Assembly: GCA_002717485.1 (NCBI GenBank)
Contig: PBDW01000003.1
Location: 5,315 to 69,314, forward strand
From: Pelagibacteraceae bacterium
GTDB lineage: Bacteria; Pseudomonadota; Alphaproteobacteria; HIMB59; GCA-002718135
DNA: 64,000 nucleotides
Reading direction: 5' to 3'
Below, piece by piece: positions 26,147 through 35,040 of the stretch. The position numbers and the translations under genes were made by a program. Position 1 is the first letter of the stretch; every line of letters starts with the position of its first letter. The notes beneath the pieces are model-generated. The model ran no database searches, had not been told where the DNA came from, and saw only the letters and a program-made list of their open reading frames with translations.

Positions 26147-27262
26147 TTAAAGCTGTTTAGAAAAATAATCTTCACAGTTTCCTTCTCTGTATACATCTGC
26201 AGTTGCGCAATGAAGTGCTCCGCCAAAAGGATAAGCATCTCTAAAGGGAACAGGAATAACCTCCATACCAAATTTATCAATCTGTTCTGCCTGATAAACT
26301 TCGCTTTCTTCAACGCAAACAGTTTTGGGATCCAATACCAATACGTTCATACTCAACCATACACTTGAGTAACATAAAGGTGGCGATTCATTATGGGCTG
26401 GCGGTGCAGCATCAACAATTTGCCAATCATTTTTATAAAATATCTTTTTTTGCTCTTCTGGTAATTTTCTGCTTGCATTATTTAGTACTAACCCAGGTTT
26501 TAGAGGTGTAAAAGTAGCATCTATGTGAATTGGATATGGATCACCAGGAAAGTTAAGAATGTGAATTCGGTGTTCTGGAAAATGTCTCTGAATCCAATTT
26601 GCTCCCTTTAAATTAGTAGTAAATCCGTTTTGAATAAAAAGATCCTTACCCATTCTAAGTACATCCGCTGCATCAAATAATGGTTCCTCCTCGGTTGTAA
26701 CAAACTTTCTATTCCTAACCATTTCCAATCTCTGTTCAATTGTAATGCCTTCACTTAAATAATTTTCTCTATATGATCTATGAGTTAAACGAGGTTTTGG
26801 AGCAGATTCCCATTTCATATTTCTATCCTCATTAAAATACTTTTGCAAAAGGGGCCTATAACATAAATATTCAAACCATCGAGATCTATAAGACATTGTT
26901 GCTTCAAGCATTTCATTTCCAAGAGTAAAGATCACATCCCTTGGAGGCATACATCCAAACATTGATTCTATTTCCCAATCCGGAGTGGCAGCTTTTTGAT
27001 TAAAGTTAATGGCTGTTGGCCTATCAACTTTAATGCCTCTTTTTTCTAATATGGATGCTAATCCGTCAAGTTGTAAATTTCCCTTGTCTATTGATTCTTG
27101 AGATCTTGGACCATGCATTCCTTTCATATCACTATCTTCTGGTATTTTTGGATCAGTGGCAGGTTCGGCAGGGGGTATACAACATCCGTCAGCTCTGCCT
27201 ACAATTACATGCTTTAAAGGGTCCCATTCATTCCAAGAATTTACAACTGTATTATTTGTCAT
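26147..27262 (-). CDS. Amidinotransferase of the L-arginine:glycine amidinotransferase (AGAT/StrB) family
   Basis: 371 aa. Collinear with recalled human GATM: SWNEWDPLKHVIVGR, MPPRDV, SYRSRWFEY, KFVTTEEEPLFDAADV (Asp), PIHIDATF (His), WLSMNVLVLD, GGALHCATADV (catalytic Cys). Confidence 0.85.
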   Translation of the reverse strand: MTNNTVVNSWNEWDPLKHVIVGRADGCCIPPAEPATDPKIPEDSDMKGMHGPRSQESIDKGNLQLDGLASILEKRGIKVDRPTAINFNQKAATPDWEIESMFGCMPPRDVIFTLGNEMLEATMSYRSRWFEYLCYRPLLQKYFNEDRNMKWESAPKPRLTHRSYRENYLSEGITIEQRLEMVRNRKFVTTEEEPLFDAADVLRMGKDLFIQNGFTTNLKGANWIQRHFPEHRIHILNFPGDPYPIHIDATFTPLKPGLVLNNASRKLPEEQKKIFYKNDWQIVDAAPPAHNESPPLCYSSVWLSMNVLVLDPKTVCVEESEVYQAEQIDKFGMEVIPVPFRDAYPFGGALHCATADVYREGNCEDYFSKQL

Positions 27263-27314
27263 TATTTTATTTATGGATTTTTAAGCTGTATTCATTATCA
27301 ATACAAGTAGCCAA

Positions 27315-27342
27315 TTGCAATTTCAAAATACAATGATAATAT
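27315..27342 (+). promoter_or_regulatory. Candidate sigma70-type promoter for gabD
   Basis: TTGCAA (27315-27320), 16-nt spacer, TAATAT (27337-27342) with an upstream TG (extended -10). The -10 ends 8 nt before the gabD ATG and there is no SD. Confidence 0.3.
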
Positions 27343-27350
27343 AGAAATTA

Positions 27351-28802
27351 ATGGATATTAAGAATAAAGATCTTTTTAGGCAACAATCCTTTATCAATGG
27401 TGAATGGGTGGATGCTATAAATAGTAAGACTATTAATGTGAATAATCCTGCAACTCAGGAAATTATTGGAAATGTACCAAATTGTGGAAAAGATGAAACT
27501 ATAAGTGCTATTAGATCTGCTAAAAATTCCTGGAAGGACTGGAGTTCAAAAACCTCAAAGGAAAGATCAAATATTCTAAAAAAGTGGTTTAATTTGATTG
27601 AAGAAAATCAAGAAGATCTTGCTAGAATCATGACTATTGAACAAGGCAAACCGATAACAGAGTCAAGAGGAGAAATCACATATGGCGCTTCTTTTGTTGA
27701 ATGGTTCGCAGAAGAGGGAAAAAGAGTTTATGGTGATACTATCCCTGATGTTTTTCAAGATAGAAGAATATTAGTTATAAAGCAGCCAGTAGGTGTGGTA
27801 GCGGCTATTACTCCATGGAATTTTCCAAGTTCGATGATTACTAGAAAATGCGCTCCCGCATTAGCTGTTGGCTGTCCAGTAGTAATTAAACCCGCTAGTC
27901 AAACTCCCTTCTCTGCTTTGGCGCTTGGAGTACTCGCAGAAAAAGCAGGTTTTCCAAAGGGGACCATAAACATTATAACAGGGTCAGCAAAAGAAATAGG
28001 TGAGGAGCTTTCAACAAACCCAATTGTTAGAAAATTATCATTTACTGGATCGACAGAAGTTGGAAAAATACTTTTAAGACAATGCTCATCAACAGTTAAA
28101 AAAGTTTCTATGGAATTAGGAGGCCATGCTCCATTTATAGCGTTTGAAGATGCTGATATAGATGAAGCTGTTGAAGGAGCTTTTTTAAGTAAGTTTAGAA
28201 ATACTGGACAAACCTGCGTATGTTCTAACAGGTTATTTATTCATGAAAAAATCCACGATGAATTTGTAGAAAAATTTACAATAAAAGTCAGAAATATGAA
28301 AGTAGGCAATGGATTAGAAGAAGGTGTTATATCGGGACCTTTAATTGATCAATTTTCTTTTAGAAAAGTTGAAGAGCATGTTCATGATGCTGTTAACGTT
28401 GGTGCAAAAATAGCAATAGGTGGAAAGAAGCATAAGTTAGGAGGCACCTTCTATGAACCAACAGTACTTTTTAATGTTACAAATAAAGCAAGAATTACTT
28501 ATGAAGAAACATTTGGACCAGTGGCGCCAATTTATAAGTTCAATAATGAGGATGAAGTTATAAATATGGCAAACGATAGTCCTTATGGTCTTGCTTCATA
28601 CTTTTATTCTAGAGATATTGGAAAGATATGGAGAGTAGCTGAAGCACTTGAATATGGTATGGTTGGAGTTAACACAGGTATAATGTCAAAAGCAGAAGCT
28701 CCATTCGGCGGAATAAAAGAATCTGGTCTCGGGAGAGAAGGATCAAAATATGGCTTAGATGACTTTTTAGAGGTAAAGTATATAAATATTGCAGGAATAT
28801 AG
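27351..28802 (+). CDS. gabD: Succinate-semialdehyde dehydrogenase [NAD(P)+]
   Basis: 483 aa. Near-continuous similarity to recalled E. coli GabD: LFRQQSFINGEW, ARIMTIEQGKP, ASFVEWFAEEGKRVYGDTIP, ITPWNFP, KPASQTPFSALAL, MELGGHAP, FRNTGQTCVCSNR, EETFGP, GGIKESGLGREGSKYG. Confidence 0.9.
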   Translation: MDIKNKDLFRQQSFINGEWVDAINSKTINVNNPATQEIIGNVPNCGKDETISAIRSAKNSWKDWSSKTSKERSNILKKWFNLIEENQEDLARIMTIEQGKPITESRGEITYGASFVEWFAEEGKRVYGDTIPDVFQDRRILVIKQPVGVVAAITPWNFPSSMITRKCAPALAVGCPVVIKPASQTPFSALALGVLAEKAGFPKGTINIITGSAKEIGEELSTNPIVRKLSFTGSTEVGKILLRQCSSTVKKVSMELGGHAPFIAFEDADIDEAVEGAFLSKFRNTGQTCVCSNRLFIHEKIHDEFVEKFTIKVRNMKVGNGLEEGVISGPLIDQFSFRKVEEHVHDAVNVGAKIAIGGKKHKLGGTFYEPTVLFNVTNKARITYEETFGPVAPIYKFNNEDEVINMANDSPYGLASYFYSRDIGKIWRVAEALEYGMVGVNTGIMSKAEAPFGGIKESGLGREGSKYGLDDFLEVKYINIAGI

Positions 28803-28814
28803 ATTATGTTTTCT

Positions 28815-29702
28815 TTATAACCAAGCGGCCCCTCTTACTCCACCTGAGTCTCCATGCACATTCTTTAAAACTTTCGTGTAACCTTCGTTGCTGAAAACAT
28901 ATTTTTGTAAAACTTTGTTAATGTTTTTATATATATAGTCTATATTTGACATTCCGCCACCTAAGACAACAATATCTGGATCAAGTATATTAATTACATC
29001 AGAAAGAGATCTTGCTAGTCTGTCTACATAGCTTTCAAGAGCTTGCAATGCTTTTTCATCATTTTTTTTTGAAAGCTCAACTATTTCTACTGTACTTAGA
29101 GATGTGCTATGAGTTTTGTTATAAATATATGTAAAACCCGGACCAGAAAGAAATGATTCGATGCATCCGTTTAATCCACAATAACATTGCTTTGCTAGTT
29201 TAATTTCGTTATCATTACTTCTTGGCAAGCTATTATGTCCGAATTCTCCAGCGCTTAAGCTTTTACCTTTGTGAATTTTTTTATTTATTACTATTCCTCC
29301 TCCAGTACCAGTTCCGATAATCACTCCAAAAACAACTTGAAAATCCTTGCCGGCACCATCTACAGCTTCTGATAATGCAAAGCAGTTTGCATCATTTTCA
29401 AGACTTATAGATCTTTTAAGTTTTGATTCTAAATCCGAGCGAAAGGGTTTTCCATTGATCCAGGTTGAATTAGCACCCTTAATTAAAGATGTTTCTGGAG
29501 AAACGGCTCCTGGCATTCCTATGCCTACAGACTTAACTTTTGAAAATTTATTTTCTATTTCGTTTACTAAATTTGCTATATCATTAATTGCGCCTTGATA
29601 ACTTTGTTCAGATGGAATTCTTTTAGAAAATAATTCATTTCCTTTATCATCTATTAGTAATGCTTCGGTTTTTGTGCCACCAAGATCTATTCCTATTCTC
29701 AT
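28815..29702 (-). CDS. ROK-family sugar kinase (Mak/fructokinase- or NagK-like)
   Basis: 295 aa. MRIGIDLGGTKTE, NDANCFALSEA, GTGTGGG, GEFGH, zinc motif CYCGLNGCIE, HGDSGGVRGAAWL. Confidence 0.85.
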   Translation of the reverse strand: MRIGIDLGGTKTEALLIDDKGNELFSKRIPSEQSYQGAINDIANLVNEIENKFSKVKSVGIGMPGAVSPETSLIKGANSTWINGKPFRSDLESKLKRSISLENDANCFALSEAVDGAGKDFQVVFGVIIGTGTGGGIVINKKIHKGKSLSAGEFGHNSLPRSNDNEIKLAKQCYCGLNGCIESFLSGPGFTYIYNKTHSTSLSTVEIVELSKKNDEKALQALESYVDRLARSLSDVINILDPDIVVLGGGMSNIDYIYKNINKVLQKYVFSNEGYTKVLKNVHGDSGGVRGAAWL

Positions 29703-29717
29703 TAATAAATTGATTAG

Positions 29718-30317
29718 CTATTTGTTTTTTATATACTTTACAACCTTCCAAGCATAAGGCATTAGTATAGCAGCTAGAATTATCTTTATAGATTCGCTTA
29801 AAATAAAAGGTTTTAACCCTAACTGAATTGACTTTTCCCATCCCATAGAAAATGACATATACGTTAAACCAAAGAAAAATATTATAAATGCACCTAAAAT
29901 TATGGGAAGTAAGGTTCTGAAAATACTTACGAAGGGAATAATGCTAGGCTTGGAAGAATTAAAGTCTTTTTCTGCCAGTATCCCTATTACTAATGTTGCA
30001 GCTAACATTCCATATAAAAACCCTACTGTTGGGCTTGTGATAAAATAACTGACACCACCACCAAATGCAAAGACTGGCCATTTTAGTCCTTGCAAAAGAT
30101 AAAGTAAAAAAGTGCTTGATGCTAATTTCCAACCATAAGTTATTGACAATAGATATACAACAAAGGTTTGCATTGTCATTGGAATTGGCCAGCCAACTTC
30201 TATTTTTGCAGATAATATTAATATTAAGCTCCCAAAAAAAACAAGTGTTAGATTTCTAATTAGGTTTGAGGCTTTTCCCAATGGCCAAATTAAACTTATA
30301 AATGCTTCGTTATTCAT
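29718..30317 (-). CDS. bioY: BioY-family biotin transporter component
   Basis: 199 aa, 6 TM. PMTMQTF and GGGVSYFITSPTVGFLYGM match BioY-like motifs. Confidence 0.7.
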   Translation of the reverse strand: MNNEAFISLIWPLGKASNLIRNLTLVFFGSLILILSAKIEVGWPIPMTMQTFVVYLLSITYGWKLASSTFLLYLLQGLKWPVFAFGGGVSYFITSPTVGFLYGMLAATLVIGILAEKDFNSSKPSIIPFVSIFRTLLPIILGAFIIFFFGLTYMSFSMGWEKSIQLGLKPFILSESIKIILAAILMPYAWKVVKYIKNK

Positions 30318-30381
30318 TTTTTATAATCGTATTAATTAATACTATAAAAATACTTATTTCAATAGTTAAAGTGTGTCTAAT

Positions 30382-31761
30382 TTAAATAAGTAATATTGAT
30401 GCTAGCCCTAAAAAAGACAAAAATCCTATGACATCTGTAATAGTAGTTAATATGACTCCAGACGCCAAGGCAGGATCGATTCTAAGTTTATTTAGTGTAA
30501 TTGGGATAAGTGTGCCGGCAAGACCAGCAATTATTAAATTAATAATCATTGCTAAAGCAATGATTATTCCTAACATTTTATCATTAAACCAAAAACCTGA
30601 TACTGTTCCTAGTATTAAAGCAAAAATAAACCCATTAACTCCACCAACAAATGTTTCTTTTCCAACAATTTTTAGTGCATTTGACGCAGTTAACTCTTTT
30701 GTTGCTAAGGCCCTTACCGCAATTGTTAAAGTCTGAGTTCCTGCATTGCCACCCATTGATGCAACAATTGGCATTAAGACCGCCAAAGCTACAACTTTTT
30801 CTATTGAAGCTTGAAAGAATCCTATTACGATAGATGCGACTATTGCTGTTAATAAATTTACAAGCAACCAGGAAAATCTTGACTTAGTAGTGCTAGTAAT
30901 TGCACTAAATAAATCTGCCTGTCCTACGCCACCTAATTTTAAAATATCTTCTTCTCTTTCTTCTTCTATTACATCCACAACATCATCAACTGTTATAGAT
31001 CCAATTAGTTCTTTGTCTTGATTAACGACTGGAGCACTCACAAGACCATATTTATTAAATATATATGCCACCTCTTCTTGGTCGGTGTTTGCTAATATAA
31101 CTCTATTTTCTTTATTTTTAATATTTTTAAGGAGAATCTCTCTTTTTGATGACATTAATCTACCTAGAGGGACAGTTCCTTTTATTATATTTTGATCATT
31201 TTTTAGATAGATATCATAAAAATCTGTCGGTAAGTTTGTATTTGATCTGAGATAATCAATTGTTTGACCAACGGTCCATTCGGTGTCTATTGAAACAAAA
31301 TTTCTTTGCATCAACCTACCAGCACTATCTTCAGGGTAATTTAGCCCTTCTTCGATAAGCTTCCTTTCATCAATTGGCAAGGAATTAAGAACTGTTTCCT
31401 GATCAGACTTTTCTAGGTCTTCGACTACATCAACCGCATCATCAACATCTAGTTGCTTAACGTTGGGGGCTAATGTTTCTATTCCTAAAAACTCAATTAT
31501 TTCATCTTTTATATTTTCGTCAAGATATGTTAAAATTTCTAAATCAAATTTTTCCCTTAAAATTTCAAGAAGTTTATTCCTATGAATATCCTCAAGATTC
31601 TGGATTAATTCGGCAATATCAGCAGCGTGATTATCGTTTAGAATTTTTTTAATTTCTATGATATTATTTTTTTGTAATAAAGATTTTATTAATTGATAAG
31701 GTTCTTTTGAAACATCCTGATCGGTATTTTCTTTGTTAACGGTGATATTTGAATTATCCAA
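30382..31761 (-). CDS. mgtE: Magnesium transporter MgtE
   Basis: 459 aa. MgtE N-domain, tandem CBS region and a C-terminal 5-TM domain (PIVASMGGNAGTQ, DVIGFLSFLG). Start codon read as TTG (31761..31759) with GAGG 7-10 nt upstream. Confidence 0.9.
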   Translation of the reverse strand: MDNSNITVNKENTDQDVSKEPYQLIKSLLQKNNIIEIKKILNDNHAADIAELIQNLEDIHRNKLLEILREKFDLEILTYLDENIKDEIIEFLGIETLAPNVKQLDVDDAVDVVEDLEKSDQETVLNSLPIDERKLIEEGLNYPEDSAGRLMQRNFVSIDTEWTVGQTIDYLRSNTNLPTDFYDIYLKNDQNIIKGTVPLGRLMSSKREILLKNIKNKENRVILANTDQEEVAYIFNKYGLVSAPVVNQDKELIGSITVDDVVDVIEEEREEDILKLGGVGQADLFSAITSTTKSRFSWLLVNLLTAIVASIVIGFFQASIEKVVALAVLMPIVASMGGNAGTQTLTIAVRALATKELTASNALKIVGKETFVGGVNGFIFALILGTVSGFWFNDKMLGIIIALAMIINLIIAGLAGTLIPITLNKLRIDPALASGVILTTITDVIGFLSFLGLASILLI

Positions 31762-31778
31762 TATATACCTCTATTATT

Positions 31779-31865
31779 TGGTGCGGCCGAGAAGAGTCGA
31801 ACTTCCACAGGATAAATCCTACAGCGACCTCAACGCTGCGCGTCTACCGGTTCCGCCACAGCCGC
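31779..31865 (-). tRNA. tRNA-Leu (anticodon GAG)
   Basis: 87 nt. GCGGCTG acceptor pairs with CGGCCGC. Anticodon stem-loop CAGCG-TTGAGGT-CGCTG. Long variable arm, TTCGACT T-loop, encoded CCA. Confidence 0.9.
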
Positions 31866-31912
31866 TGAACTTTATTCTTGCAATTATCAGATACTTTCAT
31901 AAGTATCAATAT

Positions 31913-32584
31913 ATGCTTAAAACAAATTATAAGAATATTGAAAAATCTATCGAAACAATCATATCAAATGAGATTATAGATTACGAAACAGCAATTAATT
32001 TTATGGAAAAAAGAGTTAATTCAGTGATTAATAATGAAAATTCAGATTTATTATGGTTATTGTTTCATCCAAGTATTTATACTTATGGATCAACTTCAAA
32101 CAAAAATGATTTCCTCAAAACCCCTGAAATTCCTGTCATTAAAACAAATAGAGGTGGACAGATAACATATCATGGCCCCGGTCAAAGGGTAGCATACTTC
32201 ATTATAAATTTAAAACATCAAAGAAAAGATATAAAATACTTTATAAGCAAAATAGAAGATATAGCTATTGAAACATTGCTTGAATTCGATGTGAATTGTA
32301 AATCTAATAGTGATAGAATCGGGATATGGGCTACTGCAATTAATAATATAAAACTTAAAAAAGAAAAAAAAATTGGTTCAATAGGTATTAGAATAAGAAA
32401 ATGGGTTTCATATCATGGGCTGAGCATTAACATAAATCCAGATTTAGATTTCTTTAAAAAAATTAATCCATGTGGGATAAAAGATTATGAAGCTACATCT
32501 CTCAAAGAATTAGGAGTAGATATTAAAGTAAGTGAATTTGATAAAGTTTTTATTAAAAAATTTGTTCAAAAATTTAAATATTAA
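31913..32584 (+). CDS. lipB: Octanoyltransferase (lipoyl(octanoyl) transferase)
   Basis: The ORF track starts at 31733 (TTG) and reads through the tRNA-Leu gene. The real start is taken as ATG 31913 (MLKTNYKN...). LipB motifs: HPSIYTYG, NRGGQITYHGPGQ, KIGSIGIRIRKWVSYHG. Confidence 0.9.
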   Translation: MLKTNYKNIEKSIETIISNEIIDYETAINFMEKRVNSVINNENSDLLWLLFHPSIYTYGSTSNKNDFLKTPEIPVIKTNRGGQITYHGPGQRVAYFIINLKHQRKDIKYFISKIEDIAIETLLEFDVNCKSNSDRIGIWATAINNIKLKKEKKIGSIGIRIRKWVSYHGLSININPDLDFFKKINPCGIKDYEATSLKELGVDIKVSEFDKVFIKKFVQKFKY

Positions 32585-33521
32585 TCATTTTTTCTATATG
32601 GTTTTTGTCTACAATCTTTAATCCTAAAGAATTTGCTTCTTTTTCAATCTCTGCAGGAAATTTTGCATAATATTCTCTTTCTTGGTTATTATAATTAAAA
32701 CTAAGATAATAGGAATGTAACATTAAGCATTTTTTATTTTTAATAATAAAGTTTTTCTTATTGTATTTTCTATCCCCTACAATTGAACAGCCTAAATATT
32801 CTGCTACTCTTCTTATTTGATGCATCCTGCCAGTTATAGGGGAGAAAAGAATTGAGCTAAAACCCTTATTAAATGAAATTACCCGGTACCTTGTAACACT
32901 TAAATAAGATTCTTTATGGGATTTCTTATTATCATCGTTGGACTCATTTTTCCTATTATTCATTTTTACAACACCAAATTTCTTTAATGGTCGATTATTA
33001 CAAATAGCAAAATAAACTTTTTTTACTTTTCTTTCTTTAAACAACGAACCAAAAATTCTTGAAGCTAAATAATTTTTAGAAATTATTATTGCACCACTAG
33101 TATCCTTATCCAATCTATGAACAAGGTTCATATTTTCTGATATTGATTTTAGAATATCATTAAGAGATAATTTAATTTTGCTACCACCTTGAGTTGCAAT
33201 GTTTTTCCATTTATTTAATATCAAATATTCATTATTTTGGAAAATAATAGAAGAATTAAATATTTCTATTTGATTTTTAGAAACTGCAATAGCTATATTT
33301 TTTGTTTTTATTGCATATACTGTCTTATCAAAATCTTTAATTTTAATGAGATCATTTTCTTTGATTAAAGTATTTGATCTTACAATTTTATTATTTAACC
33401 TGATTATACCTTTTCGGAGTTTTTTTTCAAAAAAACTTTGAGGAAGATTCTTAAACTTTCTTCTAAGCCATCTATCAATTCTAATCTTGTTTTCCTGAAA
33501 TGATACTTTAAAGACTTCCAA
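32574..33521 (-). CDS. RluA-family 23S rRNA pseudouridine synthase (RluC/RluD-like) with N-terminal S4 domain
   Basis: 315 aa. S4-like IRIDRWLRRKF, catalytic motif HRLDKDTSGAIII, and HQIR. Start codon read as TTG. The 3' end overlaps lipB convergently by 11 nt. Confidence 0.85.
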   Translation of the reverse strand: MEVFKVSFQENKIRIDRWLRRKFKNLPQSFFEKKLRKGIIRLNNKIVRSNTLIKENDLIKIKDFDKTVYAIKTKNIAIAVSKNQIEIFNSSIIFQNNEYLILNKWKNIATQGGSKIKLSLNDILKSISENMNLVHRLDKDTSGAIIISKNYLASRIFGSLFKERKVKKVYFAICNNRPLKKFGVVKMNNRKNESNDDNKKSHKESYLSVTRYRVISFNKGFSSILFSPITGRMHQIRRVAEYLGCSIVGDRKYNKKNFIIKNKKCLMLHSYYLSFNYNNQEREYYAKFPAEIEKEANSLGLKIVDKNHIEKMINI

Positions 33522-33545
33522 TTTGATAAAAAATATTAGATGAAT

Positions 33546-33983
33546 CTATGAACTAGGAACAGCTTCAGATTCTTCGTCTTTTTTCTTTACCTGAACTGGT
33601 CCGCTATCTTTTCCTTTGGCTTCAATGTCCCTATCGACAAGCTCAATGATAGCAGATTCAGCACTGTCTCCATATCTATATCCAATTTTAACTATTCTTG
33701 TATAACCACCATTTCTTTTTTGATAACGATCTGCAAAAACCTTAAATAACTTATCGACAGTTTTTTTTTCATTTAAAATTGAAATTGCCTTCTTTCTTGA
33801 GCTTAAATCACCTTTTTTCCCGAGAGTGATTAGTTTTTCTACAAATGGTTTTAGCTCTTTGGCTTTTTGAAGTGTGGTTTTAATTTGTTCATGTTTAATA
33901 AGCGCATTAGACAAATTCATCAATAGGGCCTTCCTGTGTGAAGAAGTTCTGTTTAATTTTCTACCTGCTAAATTATGTCTCAT
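33546..33983 (-). CDS. rplQ: 50S ribosomal protein L17
   Basis: [20 protein letters not shown]. Follows rpoA. Confidence 0.95.
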   Translation of the reverse strand: MRHNLAGRKLNRTSSHRKALLMNLSNALIKHEQIKTTLQKAKELKPFVEKLITLGKKGDLSSRKKAISILNEKKTVDKLFKVFADRYQKRNGGYTRIVKIGYRYGDSAESAIIELVDRDIEAKGKDSGPVQVKKKDEESEAVPSS

Positions 33984-33991
33984 AAATTTTA

Positions 33992-35023
33992 TTATCCGTT
34001 AAATGGATCCTCAAATTTTTTTGACAGCTCTTGTATATTCTCTGGTGGCCAATCTGGAACTGTCATGCCTAAATTTAAATTCATCTGCATTAAGACCTCT
34101 TTTATTTCATTTAATGACTTTCTTCCAAAATTTGGTGTTCTTAGCATTTCATTCTCTGTTTTTTGGACCAAGTCTCCAATATATATAATGTTATCATTCT
34201 TCAAACAATTGGCAGATCTTACAGATAATTCAAGCTCTTCAACTTTTTTTAATAATCCTTTATTGTAAGGCAATGCATCTTCTGTGGCAGTTTCTTTTAC
34301 TGCCTCAGGTTCATCAAAGTTTATGAAAGGTTGAAATTGTTCTTGTACAATTCTTGAAGCTAGAGCAACAGCGTCTTCAGGACTTACCGCCCCATTTGTT
34401 TCAACATTAATAATTAATTTATCATAATCTGTTACCTGACCTACTCTACTATTCTCAACTTTAAAAGATACTTTTTTAATCGGGCTAAAAAGTGCATCAA
34501 TTGGAATTTCCCCAATAATTTTCTCCTCATTATTGCCTACTGCAGCTGATACATATCCTTTTCCATTTTCAACTTTAGCTTCCAGCTCAACATCAGCATT
34601 GTCATCAAGTGTAAAAATTATATTTTCAGGATTCATAATTTCTATATCAGGATCGGCTTCAAAATCACCTGCGGTTATTTCTCCTGGTCCCTTAGCCTTT
34701 AAGATCAATTTCTTTGGAGTTTGGCTATGCATTTTTAATGCAATATTCTTTAAATTAAGAATTATATCTGTAACATCTTCTTTTACACCTGGTATTGTAG
34801 AAAATTCATGCATTACACCTTTAACTTTTATTGATGTTATTGCAGAACCCTGGAGAGATGACAATAAAACTCTCCTTAAGGCATTTCCGATAGTTAGACC
34901 AAAACCTCTTTCCAATGGCTCGGCTATTATCGAAGCAGTTCTAAAATTTTCCTGCGCCTTGTCATTATTTTCTAATTGAATTTTGTTAGGCTTTATTAAT
35001 TCTGTCCAATTTTTTTGTAACAA
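33992..35023 (-). CDS. rpoA: DNA-directed RNA polymerase subunit alpha
   Basis: 343 aa. [24 protein letters not shown], and a C-terminal domain with [14 protein letters not shown] start with GGGAGA upstream. Confidence 0.95.
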   Translation of the reverse strand: MLQKNWTELIKPNKIQLENNDKAQENFRTASIIAEPLERGFGLTIGNALRRVLLSSLQGSAITSIKVKGVMHEFSTIPGVKEDVTDIILNLKNIALKMHSQTPKKLILKAKGPGEITAGDFEADPDIEIMNPENIIFTLDDNADVELEAKVENGKGYVSAAVGNNEEKIIGEIPIDALFSPIKKVSFKVENSRVGQVTDYDKLIINVETNGAVSPEDAVALASRIVQEQFQPFINFDEPEAVKETATEDALPYNKGLLKKVEELELSVRSANCLKNDNIIYIGDLVQKTENEMLRTPNFGRKSLNEIKEVLMQMNLNLGMTVPDWPPENIQELSKKFEDPFNG

Positions 35024-35040
35024 TTTTATCTCCCTGCTTT

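Noticed and set aside
31762-31778. Mg2+ (M-box) riboswitch upstream of mgtE.
   Set aside because: Only 17 nt separate mgtE from the tRNA-Leu 3' end, so there is no space for a structured leader.
31733-31912. N-terminal 60 codons of track ORF 31733-32584.
   Set aside because: This part reads straight across the minus-strand tRNA-Leu gene. LipB homology begins only after the ATG at 31913.
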